Shown here piece after piece: positions 18,850-28,147 of a stretch of DNA of 64,000 nucleotides; the first letter of the stretch is position 1, and each line of letters begins with the position of its first letter. Where the stretch lies: NCBI GenBank assembly GCA_963713975.1, contig OY970218.1, positions 1,056,001-1,120,000 of the forward strand. The letters run 5' to 3'. The translations under genes and the position numbers were made by a program. The notes below the pieces were generated by a model. It was not told the DNA's origin, made no database searches, and saw only the letters and a program-made list of their open reading frames with translations. The DNA comes from an uncultured Chloroflexia bacterium (GTDB lineage Bacteria > Chloroflexota > Limnocylindria > Limnocylindrales > CSP1-4).

Positions 18850-20051
18850 CGGACCCCGCGAGCCCCCTCCCCCGGCCGGAGCCCGACGCCCCCGTCCTGC
18901 GGGGCCTCGTCGTCCGCGACCTGCGCGGCTACGCGGAGCTCGATGTCAGCTTCGATCCGGGCCCCCAGCTGGTGTGGGGACCGAACGCGGCCGGCAAGAC
19001 GAGCCTCCTCGAGGCGATCGTCCTGCTCGCCTGGGGCAGGTCGCACCGAACCAGCGCGGATGGCGAGCTCGTGCGCTGGGGCTGTGAGCTGGCCCGCGTC
19101 GAGGCACGGGTCGGGTCCGCCACGACGACCCCCGACGACGGCGACGCGGTCGAGGTGGCGCTTGTGCGCACGGCCTCCGGTGGTGCCCGCAAGCGGATCC
19201 GGGTGAACGGCGTCGCACGCCGTGCCGCCTCCCTCGCGGCCGTCCTGCGGACGGTCGTGTTCGCGCCCGAGGAGATGCTGCTCGTGGCCGGCTCCCCTTC
19301 CCTGCGCAGGGAGGCGCTCGACGGTCTGGCCGGCCAGCGGTCACCCGCCTACCTCCGGGATCTGGCGGCGTACGGCCGCGCGCTCCAGCAGCGGAACGGG
19401 CTCCTGCGGCTCATCCGGGAGGAGCAGGCGAGCCGGAGCGAGCTGCGGTTCTGGGACGGCGCCCTGCTGGAGGCGGGAACTGCCGTGCGCGAGGAACGCC
19501 AGCGGCTGCTCGTGGAGATCGGCGGTCCGTTGGCGGCCGCCCATGCCGAGATCGCGCCCGAGGAGGCCGTGGGGGCCAGGCTGACGTTGGGCTACGTGAC
19601 GAACGCCCCACAGCACCCGGGCGAAGTGGTCCGCGACGCGCTTGCCCGGCGGCTGGCGGAGACGGCCGAGAAGGAGGTCTGGAACGGCACGACGCTGATC
19701 GGGCCCCACCGGGACGACCTCGTGTTCGAGATGGGGGGGAGGCCCCTGGCGTCGTTCGCCTCACGGGGTCAGCAGCGGACGGCGATCCTGGCCTTCAAGC
19801 TGGCCGAGGTGGACCTGCTCACCGCGCTCGACGGGCGTCCCCCGCTCCTGCTGCTGGACGACGTCTTCTCGGAGCTCGACCCGGAACGCCGGTCACACCT
19901 GGTCCGGAGGATCGCGGCCCTGCCGCAGGCCTTCGTCACGACGACCACCCTCGACGACCTGGACCCGGGCCTGCGGTCCGTCGGAACGACGTGGGCGGTC
20001 ACCACGGCCGACGACGGGACGTCCGTCCTCCTGCGCGAAGGCCCCGCATGA
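18846..20051 (+). CDS. recF: DNA replication/repair protein RecF (probable CTG start at 18846)
   Basis: The frame is open from CTG 18846 through VRDLRGY and GPNAAGKTS; GPHRDDL, SRGQQR and LLLDDVFSELD motifs. Confidence 0.93.
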   Translation: MTDPASPLPRPEPDAPVLRGLVVRDLRGYAELDVSFDPGPQLVWGPNAAGKTSLLEAIVLLAWGRSHRTSADGELVRWGCELARVEARVGSATTTPDDGDAVEVALVRTASGGARKRIRVNGVARRAASLAAVLRTVVFAPEEMLLVAGSPSLRREALDGLAGQRSPAYLRDLAAYGRALQQRNGLLRLIREEQASRSELRFWDGALLEAGTAVREERQRLLVEIGGPLAAAHAEIAPEEAVGARLTLGYVTNAPQHPGEVVRDALARRLAETAEKEVWNGTTLIGPHRDDLVFEMGGRPLASFASRGQQRTAILAFKLAEVDLLTALDGRPPLLLLDDVFSELDPERRSHLVRRIAALPQAFVTTTTLDDLDPGLRSVGTTWAVTTADDGTSVLLREGPA

Positions 20052-20431
20052 GCGGCCGCGATCGACCGACGGATCCCGAGGCGTCCTCCCGCCGCCGCCG
20101 CCCTGACCGCCTCAGCGACCTCCTGCCCGAGGCCGCGCGGCACCTCGGCCTCGAGCGCGAGCTGCGGCTGGCCCGCGCCGTCGCGACCTGGGACGCCCTC
20201 ATCGCCGAGCGTGTGCCACCGGCGGCCGGTGCGTGCAGGCTGGTCGGGCTCGAGCCGGACGCGCTCGTCGTCGCCGCCGACGAGCCGATCGTCGCCGCGG
20301 AGCTCCGGATGCGGGCGATCGAGCTGCTCGAGGCTTTCGCCGCCGCCCCCGGCGGCTCCCACGCCAGGTTCCTGAGGATCAGGGGCGAGACGGCGCGCGA
20401 TTTGGGGAGGCGTCAGGCCCCCCGCGTATAA
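20048..20431 (+). CDS. dciA: DciA/DUF721 family protein
   Basis: ATGA-coupled to recF; LSDLL...W..LI...LVVAA...AAELR pattern; canonical position after recF. Confidence 0.75.
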   Translation: MSGRDRPTDPEASSRRRRPDRLSDLLPEAARHLGLERELRLARAVATWDALIAERVPPAAGACRLVGLEPDALVVAADEPIVAAELRMRAIELLEAFAAAPGGSHARFLRIRGETARDLGRRQAPRV

Positions 20432-20507
20432 TTCGCTCCCGCTGCCGACTGCGGGTGCGTCACGCGCCCCGCCCCAGTCGCGTCGCTCTCGCAATGAGGC
20501 TCATCGC

Positions 20508-22802
20508 TTGGCCGTCCGTCTCCAGCTGAAGCTTGGCGCCGTCACGGAGCAGGACAGGCTCCCCGATTCCCCCGACACGATCGTGGTGGTGGAGCCGTCT
20601 GTCGGTTCCGTGGGGCGGACCAAGGGCAACCTGTACCTCCTCGTCACCTCCAGGGTGGCCGGCAACCGCGCGCGCGAGGCGACCAGGATGGTCGCGGACA
20701 CCGTCCGCAACGAGTACTACTACGATGAGTCGGCGGGCATCCGCCAGTGCCTCACCAAGGTGCTCGGGGTCGCCAACAAGCGGCTGACCCACCAGCGGGA
20801 CCGCTATGGGCTCGGCGCCCAGGCCGACGGCGGCGGGCCCATCGGCGTGGCGGCCGCCGTGGTCCGCGGACGCGAGCTCTACGTCGCCACGGTGGGTCCG
20901 GCGGAGGCCTACCTGATCCGCCAGGCCCGGCTGTCCACGCTGCCCGATCCCAACGGCGACCGCGGCCTGCCCGCCACCGATCTCGAGCCCGAGGTGTGGC
21001 GCGGCGAGCTGTCCGTGGGGGACTCGCTGTGCCTGGTCTCTTCGAACGTCGTGGCCGGGATCGGGACGGACGCCCTCAAGGACGCCCTGGTCACGCTCCA
21101 TCCGCAGTCGGCCATCGAGCACCTCCACGCGCGCTTCGTGGCTGCCGACGGCAAAGGCAGCGACGGCGCCTTCGCCTTCGAGGCGGCGGAGGTTGGCGCC
21201 ACGTTCAAGTCACGCACGCTGGTCTCGGTGCGCCCGGCCGAGCCGCTCGCCGGGGCCCCCGACCGGTCCCCGATCCCGTTGGCGGACTCCGTGACGGACG
21301 CGGCGGCTGCGATGGGGGCCGGGGCTGCCAGGGCCCGGAATGCCGCCGGGAGCAAGTTCCAGCGCGCCGTCTGGCGCGTCCAGGACCTCCTGCCACGACG
21401 CAAGCCCGGCCAGCGCAAGGTCACGGCCGCCACGCGGCGGATGGAGACCCAGCGACGGGCGGCGGTGGCGCTGCTGGCCTTCATCGCGGTCGCTGGGGCC
21501 CTCGTGCTCGGCGTCTACGCCGTCGGAGGCCAGAAGGGGCCCACGGAGGCGATCCGGTCCATGACGGCCGCCCAGCAGGCGTTCCAGGCGGCCGAGGAGG
21601 CCGTGGCGAGCGTGTCCGGGCCCGGGTTCGATCTCGTCACCGACGATCCCCGGAAGGCCCTCGAGCTCCTGACCCTCGCCTACGAGAGGCTCGATGCCGC
21701 CGGCGCCGCCGGGTACCCAGCCGCGGAGGTCCAGCTCCTGCGCGGGACGGTTGCCGACGGCCTCGACCGGCTGTACGGCGTGGTGCCCGTCCGATCGAGC
21801 ACGGTGTTCACGTTCCCGGACGACACCCCGGTCCAGCTCGCCGGCCTGGTGCGCGGGGACGACGGTGCGCCCTACGTGCTGGACACCGCGAGCAAGACCG
21901 TCTGGCGCATCGACCTCGCCGCGAAGACCGCGTCGCCGATCGCAGCTTCGGGCCAGAAGGTGCTGGCGGCGAAGGTCGCGGACCCCACCATCCTTGCGAG
22001 CGGAGGCCCGGATGTCCTCGTGCTCGACAGCAAGAACAACCTGTGGCGCTGGCGCCCCCTGCCCGCCAAGGGCAAGGGAACGCTGGTCAAGATCCGGGTC
22101 GAGGACTCCTCCTCGTGGGGTGACGACATCAGCGTGATGTCGACCTTCGTCGCCAACTACGACGCGGCGCTGTACAAGCTCTACATCGTCGACCCGTCGG
22201 AACAGAACATCATGGTCGTCTCACCGTCCAGCGACGGCTCGGGCTACCTGGGCAAGCCGACGGGCCGCCTGCCCACCGACCGGCCGGTGGATGGGATCAC
22301 CGATCTCCTGCTGGACGGTGACATCTTCGTGGCCGAGAACGGGCAGGTCGCGCGCGCCATCCCGGCCGCGGGGTGGACCGCCCAGCCGCCCGAGGACACC
22401 CAGGTCCGCCCGAATCCCAGCTACACCATCCTGTCGTCGCCAGACCGGCCGGATGGCCAGTCCAGCAAGCGCAACGGCCTGCTGTACGCCTTCGACCAGA
22501 CCAACCACCGGATCGTGGCGTTCAACAAGGCGGACGGCAAGTACGTCGAACAGTACGTGCTGGCGGATGGCGACCGCGGCTGGACTGACCTCCAGGACCT
22601 GGTCGTGCTGCCCGGAGCGGACGCGGAGGCTCCCTCGACCGCGTGGTGGGTCTCCAGCACCGGCCTCCACAGCGCGGTGCTCGTCGCCGCCGAGGGCCCC
22701 GCAGCGACACCCACGCCCACCGCCGCCGAACCGTCGGCCAGCCCCGCGAAGACCCCCAAGCCCGCGAAGACCCCCAAGCCCAAGAAGACCCCCAAGCCGT
22801 GA
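20508..22802 (+). CDS. Membrane protein: degenerate PP2C-like cytoplasmic domain, TM helix, extracellular beta-propeller-like domain
   Basis: AAVVRGRELYVATVGPAEAYLIR and GDSLCLVSSN follow PP2C motifs without the catalytic Asp residues. One TM, repeated YVLD/LVLD/YIVD/FVAE blades and a PAKTPK tail. TATAAT at 20427. Confidence 0.65.
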   Translation: MAVRLQLKLGAVTEQDRLPDSPDTIVVVEPSVGSVGRTKGNLYLLVTSRVAGNRAREATRMVADTVRNEYYYDESAGIRQCLTKVLGVANKRLTHQRDRYGLGAQADGGGPIGVAAAVVRGRELYVATVGPAEAYLIRQARLSTLPDPNGDRGLPATDLEPEVWRGELSVGDSLCLVSSNVVAGIGTDALKDALVTLHPQSAIEHLHARFVAADGKGSDGAFAFEAAEVGATFKSRTLVSVRPAEPLAGAPDRSPIPLADSVTDAAAAMGAGAARARNAAGSKFQRAVWRVQDLLPRRKPGQRKVTAATRRMETQRRAAVALLAFIAVAGALVLGVYAVGGQKGPTEAIRSMTAAQQAFQAAEEAVASVSGPGFDLVTDDPRKALELLTLAYERLDAAGAAGYPAAEVQLLRGTVADGLDRLYGVVPVRSSTVFTFPDDTPVQLAGLVRGDDGAPYVLDTASKTVWRIDLAAKTASPIAASGQKVLAAKVADPTILASGGPDVLVLDSKNNLWRWRPLPAKGKGTLVKIRVEDSSSWGDDISVMSTFVANYDAALYKLYIVDPSEQNIMVVSPSSDGSGYLGKPTGRLPTDRPVDGITDLLLDGDIFVAENGQVARAIPAAGWTAQPPEDTQVRPNPSYTILSSPDRPDGQSSKRNGLLYAFDQTNHRIVAFNKADGKYVEQYVLADGDRGWTDLQDLVVLPGADAEAPSTAWWVSSTGLHSAVLVAAEGPAATPTPTAAEPSASPAKTPKPAKTPKPKKTPKP

Positions 22803-22837
22803 CGCGTCCGGCCGCCGCCTGAGCGGGGGGCCACAGG

Positions 22838-23539
22838 GTGCTGCCGCTGCGCGACGCCACGCCCCCCAGCCGGACCGCGGTGGTGACGGCCGCGATCATG
22901 GTTCTGTGCGGCCTTGTCTTCGTGTGGGAGCTGGTCGTGCTCACGCAGGGCGGTCAGGCGGCTCTCGACCGGCTGGTCGAGCGCCGCGGCCTCGTACCGG
23001 CCGAGCTGGTCGCCGCGCTCCAGGGCGGCGATCTCGTGTCCGGCCCGGTCCTCGGCCTGGTCACCTACATGTTCCTGCACGGCAGCTGGCTGCACCTCAT
23101 GGGCAACCTGCTCTTCCTGTGGATCTTTGCGCTGAACGTCGAGGACCGACTTGGCCGCCCGGCATTCGCTGCCTTCTATGTCGCGGGCGGGATCGCCGCC
23201 GCCTCGCTGCACGTCCTGACCGACCCGACGAGCGAGATCCCGATGATCGGCGCCTCGGGGGCCATCTCCGCGGTGCTGGGCGCCTACGTCGTCCTCTACC
23301 CACGCGCCCGGATCCAGTCACTGGTCTTCCTGGTGTTCTTCTATGAGCTGGTTGCCGTGCCGGCCGTCCTGGTGCTGGGCTTCTGGTTCGTGCTCCAGCT
23401 GATCGACGGGTTCGCGTCGCTCGGAGTCCAGGCGCAGGCCGGGGGTGGCATCGCCTTCTGGGCTCACATCGGAGGCTTCGTGGCAGGCATGCTGATGGCG
23501 CTGCCCTTCCGGCTGCACCGTGCCCGGCCCGTGGGATAA
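22838..23539 (+). CDS. Rhomboid intramembrane serine protease
   Basis: MFLHGSWLHLMGN, GASGAIS and AFWAHIGG motifs. Confidence 0.92.
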   Translation: MLPLRDATPPSRTAVVTAAIMVLCGLVFVWELVVLTQGGQAALDRLVERRGLVPAELVAALQGGDLVSGPVLGLVTYMFLHGSWLHLMGNLLFLWIFALNVEDRLGRPAFAAFYVAGGIAAASLHVLTDPTSEIPMIGASGAISAVLGAYVVLYPRARIQSLVFLVFFYELVAVPAVLVLGFWFVLQLIDGFASLGVQAQAGGGIAFWAHIGGFVAGMLMALPFRLHRARPVG

Positions 23540-23546
23540 TCGGGCC

Positions 23547-24188
23547 ATGGCCGACGAGCGCGTCCCCGTGAGCGAGATGGTGGTGGAGAGCGTTCGCGTG
23601 CACATGCGGACGGGCCGCCACGTCCTCCTGCTCAAGGAGGTCAGTGTCGGCCGGGTCCTGCCCGTGTGGATCGGACCGTGGGAGGCCCAGGCCATCGCGA
23701 TGCGCCTCCAGGGGATCTCGTCCGAGCGGCCACTGACGCACGACCTGTTCGTGACGGCCCTGCGGGACCTCGGGGTCCGCGTGGAGCGCGTCGTGATCGC
23801 CTCGCTCGCCGACGAGACGTTCCACGCCCGCCTGGTGCTGCTGGCGCCGGACGGCCCTCACGAGGTGGATGCCCGCCCGTCCGACGCGATCGCGCTCGCG
23901 GTTCGGCTGGAGTGTCCGATCTACGCCGCCAACGCGGTCCTGGACCAGGCCGCCGCGCTCCCGGACGACGATGACGCTGACGAGGACGACGACGCGGACC
24001 AAGCGGGGGCGGTGGCCCGAGGAGCGGCACGCGATGCACGGCGGAGCCGCCTCGCCGCGGGCTCGCTGGAGGCGACCGGCGAGACTCTCGATCCCACGAA
24101 GCTAGACATCTTCCGCGAGTTCGTGAACTCCCTCGATGCCGAGGGCGGTGATCCGCGGACCGGCGGCGGAGGAACCACCGCCGGCTGA
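23547..24188 (+). CDS. Bifunctional nuclease family (DUF151) protein
   Basis: LPVWIG..EAQAI, RPLTHDL, DARPSDAIALA and FREFVNSL motifs. Confidence 0.9.
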   Translation: MADERVPVSEMVVESVRVHMRTGRHVLLLKEVSVGRVLPVWIGPWEAQAIAMRLQGISSERPLTHDLFVTALRDLGVRVERVVIASLADETFHARLVLLAPDGPHEVDARPSDAIALAVRLECPIYAANAVLDQAAALPDDDDADEDDDADQAGAVARGAARDARRSRLAAGSLEATGETLDPTKLDIFREFVNSLDAEGGDPRTGGGGTTAG

Positions 24189-24241
24189 GACGCCAGCCGC
24201 GTCGCCGGGCCAGCCCGCCGGCCTTCCGGCTGCCTGGCCGG

Positions 24242-25036
24242 TCAGGCGCCGAGGATCGGACGCCCGCGGCGCCTGGCCCGATCTGCGTTGGCCCACAGGC
24301 GAAGGCGCAGCAGCCAGAAGTCCTTCACCGCCCGCCAGATCACCGAGGGCTTCGCCCCCGTCGGGGACCCGGCGGTGCGGGCGTAGTGGGGCACGCCGAC
24401 CTCCGCGACGGATCGCCCCTGCTCCGTGACCTTGATCAGCAGCTCCGCAGAGAAGAACGCGCCCCCGGATTCGACCCGCACGCCGTCGAGTGCCTCGCGG
24501 CGAAAGAGCTTGCAGGCACAGTCCACGTCCCGGACCCGGAGGCCGAAGAAGATGCGATTGGCCAGCTTGTAGGTGCGGGCGTAGACCACGCGGATGATCG
24601 GATCTGCGCGCTTGATCCGGTAGCCGACCACGACATCCGGGTGGTCCGTCGCGTCCATCCGCTCCGTGAGGCGGCCGATGTCGGCGATCCGGAACTGGCG
24701 GTCGCCGTCCGTGAACGCGAGCAACTCGTAGCGGGATGCCTCGAACCCGGAGCGGAGCGCCCCGCCGTACCCCCGGTTGACCTCGTGGTGGACGACGCGC
24801 ACCACGTCGGGATGCTCGGCCGCGAGGCGATCCGCGATCTCGCGGGTGCGGTCACGAGAGCCGTCGTTGACGGCGATGATCTCGAACGTCTCGGCGAGGG
24901 ACGGCAGCGTCTCGAGCGCCTCCTGGACGAGCCCCTCGAGGTTCGCCTCCTCGTTGTGGGCCGGGAAGAAGTACGACAGGCGCGGCACCCGTGCGGGCGC
25001 CACGGCGTCCGTGGGATCTGCTGCGGGTGCGGTCAT
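24242..25036 (-). CDS. GT2 polyprenol-phosphate glycosyltransferase (DPM1/Ppm1-like)
   Basis: PAHNEE, VNDGSRD, NRGYGGA, TDGDRQF and DVDCACKLFRR motifs. Confidence 0.85.
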   Translation of the reverse strand: MTAPAADPTDAVAPARVPRLSYFFPAHNEEANLEGLVQEALETLPSLAETFEIIAVNDGSRDRTREIADRLAAEHPDVVRVVHHEVNRGYGGALRSGFEASRYELLAFTDGDRQFRIADIGRLTERMDATDHPDVVVGYRIKRADPIIRVVYARTYKLANRIFFGLRVRDVDCACKLFRREALDGVRVESGGAFFSAELLIKVTEQGRSVAEVGVPHYARTAGSPTGAKPSVIWRAVKDFWLLRLRLWANADRARRRGRPILGA

Positions 25037-26619
25037 TGCTGGTTCTCCTGGCGGCCCGTCACGCGGTACATGCCCTCGAGGCGATCGACGGGCTCGATCA
25101 CATAGCGTAGGCCCAGAGCCTGCACGTCGGAAGCTTGCGCACGGATGACGTACACGGGCCGACGTCCGAGGTTGGCCTCGATGACGTCCTCGATCGTACC
25201 GAGACCCTCATCGAGCAGTGTCCGATCGTCGAGGACGAGGACGTCCGGCCGGCGCCCCTCGATGAGCTGGCCGTACCAGAGCGGCGTCGAGTACGACCAC
25301 CACGACAGGACGACCGCATCGCGCTCGAAGGCGGCGAACGCGTCGTCCAGCCAGCCAGCCATCGCGGTATCGCCGGAGCGGTCCGCCTCCCGCCAGCGCG
25401 GACCGAGGGCGACGCCCGTGGGCACGAGGAGGACAAGTGCGATGGCCGCGACGGTGACAGCTCGCACGATCCGGCCGCGACGACCCCGGGCCGACCCGGG
25501 CGCCAGCCGGCTGACCGTCAGGTCGATGCCCGTCGCTGCCAGCACGGCGAGCCACGTCCAGGCGAAGAACAGCGGACCCAGGTAGTAGCGGTCGATCGCG
25601 GCGTTGTCGTAGGACATCGCGAACAGGCAGGTCAGGAGCACGGCGACGCCGGACAGCAGCGCGTAGGCCCGGAGCCGGACCGCGGTGGCGAGGAACCCAG
25701 CCGGCACCAGGAGGGCCAGCACCCCCAGCTGGTCCCCGGCGAGCCGGCCGAGGGCGACGACCTTTCCAGCTGGGTCGGCGAGCAGGCCGAGGAGGCCGCC
25801 CTGGAACTGGCTGGCGAGGACGACCTCCCAGAACCCACCCCACGTCTCGGGGTGCCCGTACACGATAGGTGAGCGGAACGGACCCGCCCGAAGCGGCAGC
25901 TCGAGGTACAGCACGGCCGCCACGCAGAGGCACGCGGCGAGCGCGGTCGCGACCAGCCGGGGCCGGCGCAGCGCCGCGGGATCCACGGCCAGCACGTAGA
26001 GGCCGACGGGGGGGATGAGCAGGATGGTGAGGCCGTGATTGGCCAGCGCGACCCCGAACACGGCGGCGGCCAGCACGAGTCCCCGATCCGCCCGGCGGGC
26101 GGCAATGGCGTCGCCCGGGGCCGCCCCGCGATCCGCAACCAGCGCGGCCCAGCGCAGAAGGGTCAGCACCGCCAGCGCCAGGAGCGCCAGGTGGAGCGCA
26201 TGGACGTCGGCCGCGGCGGAGATGTGCCACGCGACGGGTGCCAGGGCGATGCCGATGGCGGCCGCGACGGCCACCAGGAGTGGCACCTCGAGGCGCCGCA
26301 GCACGAGGACCCCGGTGCCGGCGGCGGTCGCCGCGAGGATCGCAGACAGCAGGTTCGCCCGGAACGCAGGGTCGCCGAGGGGCTGCAGGATCGCCGATGC
26401 CAGCCAGCCCAGCAGGACGAAGGCCGGGAACCCGGTGGGGTGCATCGTCCCCATCAGCGCCGGCACGGTCTGGGCCTCGGCGGTGTCCCACAGCGACACC
26501 CCCGGCAACAGCGTCGTTCGGTAGATGCCGAGCACGGCGAGCCCGGTGAGCAGTGCCGCCACCCAGGACCAGTCGCGGGACCGCCATCGGCCGGCGAGCG
26601 CGCTACCAGGCAAGGACAT
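25033..26619 (-). CDS. DUF2723/TMEM260-like GT-C membrane glycosyltransferase
   Basis: YRTTLLPGVSLWDTAEAQ, HPTGFP, AADVHAL, NHG and WYGQLIEGRRPDV motifs. Confidence 0.8.
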   Translation of the reverse strand: MSLPGSALAGRWRSRDWSWVAALLTGLAVLGIYRTTLLPGVSLWDTAEAQTVPALMGTMHPTGFPAFVLLGWLASAILQPLGDPAFRANLLSAILAATAAGTGVLVLRRLEVPLLVAVAAAIGIALAPVAWHISAAADVHALHLALLALAVLTLLRWAALVADRGAAPGDAIAARRADRGLVLAAAVFGVALANHGLTILLIPPVGLYVLAVDPAALRRPRLVATALAACLCVAAVLYLELPLRAGPFRSPIVYGHPETWGGFWEVVLASQFQGGLLGLLADPAGKVVALGRLAGDQLGVLALLVPAGFLATAVRLRAYALLSGVAVLLTCLFAMSYDNAAIDRYYLGPLFFAWTWLAVLAATGIDLTVSRLAPGSARGRRGRIVRAVTVAAIALVLLVPTGVALGPRWREADRSGDTAMAGWLDDAFAAFERDAVVLSWWSYSTPLWYGQLIEGRRPDVLVLDDRTLLDEGLGTIEDVIEANLGRRPVYVIRAQASDVQALGLRYVIEPVDRLEGMYRVTGRQENQQ

Positions 26620-28120
26620 GACCCCAGGTGACGCCCCACAGGTTGATCAGCCCGCCCGCCACCAGCAGCGCGATGGCGATCATTCGAGGCCGGCCGTCGG
26701 ACGGCCTGGCCGATCCCAGCGCGACCATCGGCAGGAGGAACGGCACGAAGTCGAGCGAGAACCGGTAGCCCCACTGCACCCAGCCCTGTGAGAAGTGCGC
26801 GAGGTTGAACGTCGCGACCAGCAGCACGGCCGCCGCGGTCGCGAGCCCCAGGCGGGAACGCCCGTGCCGCCGGAGCGCGAACAGTGCGAGCAGCAGGCCC
26901 GGTGCGCTGAGGAGGATGCTGGTGCCGATGTCCGAAGGGATGGCGAGCGGACAGGCGGCATCGAACAGCGAGCGCTGGGCGTCCGGCGCCGTGCACAGCA
27001 CGACGGGATCCAGGAAGCCGAGGCTGTCCGGCAGGCTGTCCGGCAGGACTCGGGGCAGCGCCGCCAGCATGATCCCCACGTTCTGCGGGATGTAGCGGAG
27101 GTCCTCCACGGACCAGTCGGCGTGGTAGCCGAGGGCTGAGTAGCCGGCGGCCTCGCGCTGGTACTGGTAGGCGTAGCCCGGGTGGAGCAGGGCACCCGTC
27201 GTCAGGTAGGTGTAGCCGAGCAGCGCCGCCACGGGCAGGATGCCGCCGGCCGCCGCGGACACGAGTCGGCGCAACGGCGTGCCGCCGCCGCCCACCAGCA
27301 CGAACCACGGCGCGGCGAAGATCAGCGGCAGCCTCGCGGTCACGGCAAGGCCGAGCAGGAAGCCCGCCAGGACCTGGGACCGGTCGAGTGGCCAGGCGGC
27401 CTCACGCAGCTGTGCCAGCCGGGAGGGCCCCCGGTTCGCGACCCCATCGCCGGCGGGCGCCTTATCGCCGGCCCCGCCCGCCTCTTCCGGATCCTCGCCC
27501 GCGTGATCGTCTGCGGCACCCGTGTCGTGGCGCAGGGTCACGCCCACGGCGAGGAAGGCGAGGTTGACCGCCACGAGGTGGGCCAGGTACCAGGTGCTGC
27601 CGACGGATGCCGCCCACCACCACACGGTGCCGGTTGCGAACAGGAACGTGACCAGTGCCCGGACGCTGGTCCGCAGGCGCAGGCCGCCGAGCATCCACCA
27701 CGCCAGGCCGACGCCGAGCGCCCCGAGCCCCACCGCGACCGCCTCCTGGTCCGTGGCGAGGCCCCAGATCGCCACGAACGGCATCAGCACGATGGCTGGG
27801 AGCGGCGGGAACGGGAGCAGCACGCGCCCGTCGGGCAGGCCATCCGGCCGGGCCAGCGGGTACACGTCCTGGAAGTAGTCGTTCCGGGGAAGATCGCCCC
27901 CGCCGGGCACCGGGTACGGGAACCAGGCGCGACCGTTGAGAAAGGCGTCCGCCTGCCACACGAAATGGTTGTAGACGTTCCAGTGGTCGAGGCTCGAGAC
28001 CCAGTACACGGCGAGCGCGAACAGCACGAGCAGGAGCCCGACGAGCCAGCTCGTCGGGTTCCTGGCGGCAGAGAGGGACTGGGGGGACCCTCCGGGGCCC
28101 TCGGCTATACTCGGCGGCAC
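26603..28120 (-). CDS. Putative GT-C-fold membrane glycosyltransferase (start uncertain)
   Basis: TM1 followed by YNHFVWQADAFLNG, PFPPLPA, multiple TMs and GWVQWGYRFSLDF. The ORF-track extension to 30076 overlaps the opposite-strand gene. Confidence 0.65.
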   Translation of the reverse strand: MPPSIAEGPGGSPQSLSAARNPTSWLVGLLLVLFALAVYWVSSLDHWNVYNHFVWQADAFLNGRAWFPYPVPGGGDLPRNDYFQDVYPLARPDGLPDGRVLLPFPPLPAIVLMPFVAIWGLATDQEAVAVGLGALGVGLAWWMLGGLRLRTSVRALVTFLFATGTVWWWAASVGSTWYLAHLVAVNLAFLAVGVTLRHDTGAADDHAGEDPEEAGGAGDKAPAGDGVANRGPSRLAQLREAAWPLDRSQVLAGFLLGLAVTARLPLIFAAPWFVLVGGGGTPLRRLVSAAAGGILPVAALLGYTYLTTGALLHPGYAYQYQREAAGYSALGYHADWSVEDLRYIPQNVGIMLAALPRVLPDSLPDSLGFLDPVVLCTAPDAQRSLFDAACPLAIPSDIGTSILLSAPGLLLALFALRRHGRSRLGLATAAAVLLVATFNLAHFSQGWVQWGYRFSLDFVPFLLPMVALGSARPSDGRPRMIAIALLVAGGLINLWGVTWGHVLAW

Positions 28121-28147
28121 CTTCAACGCTGCGTTAGGAGGCTCCCC

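Noticed and set aside
22741-22799. 18-bp repeats (PAKTPK) as a mobile or regulatory repeat
   Set aside because: They encode a low-complexity Lys/Pro protein tail.
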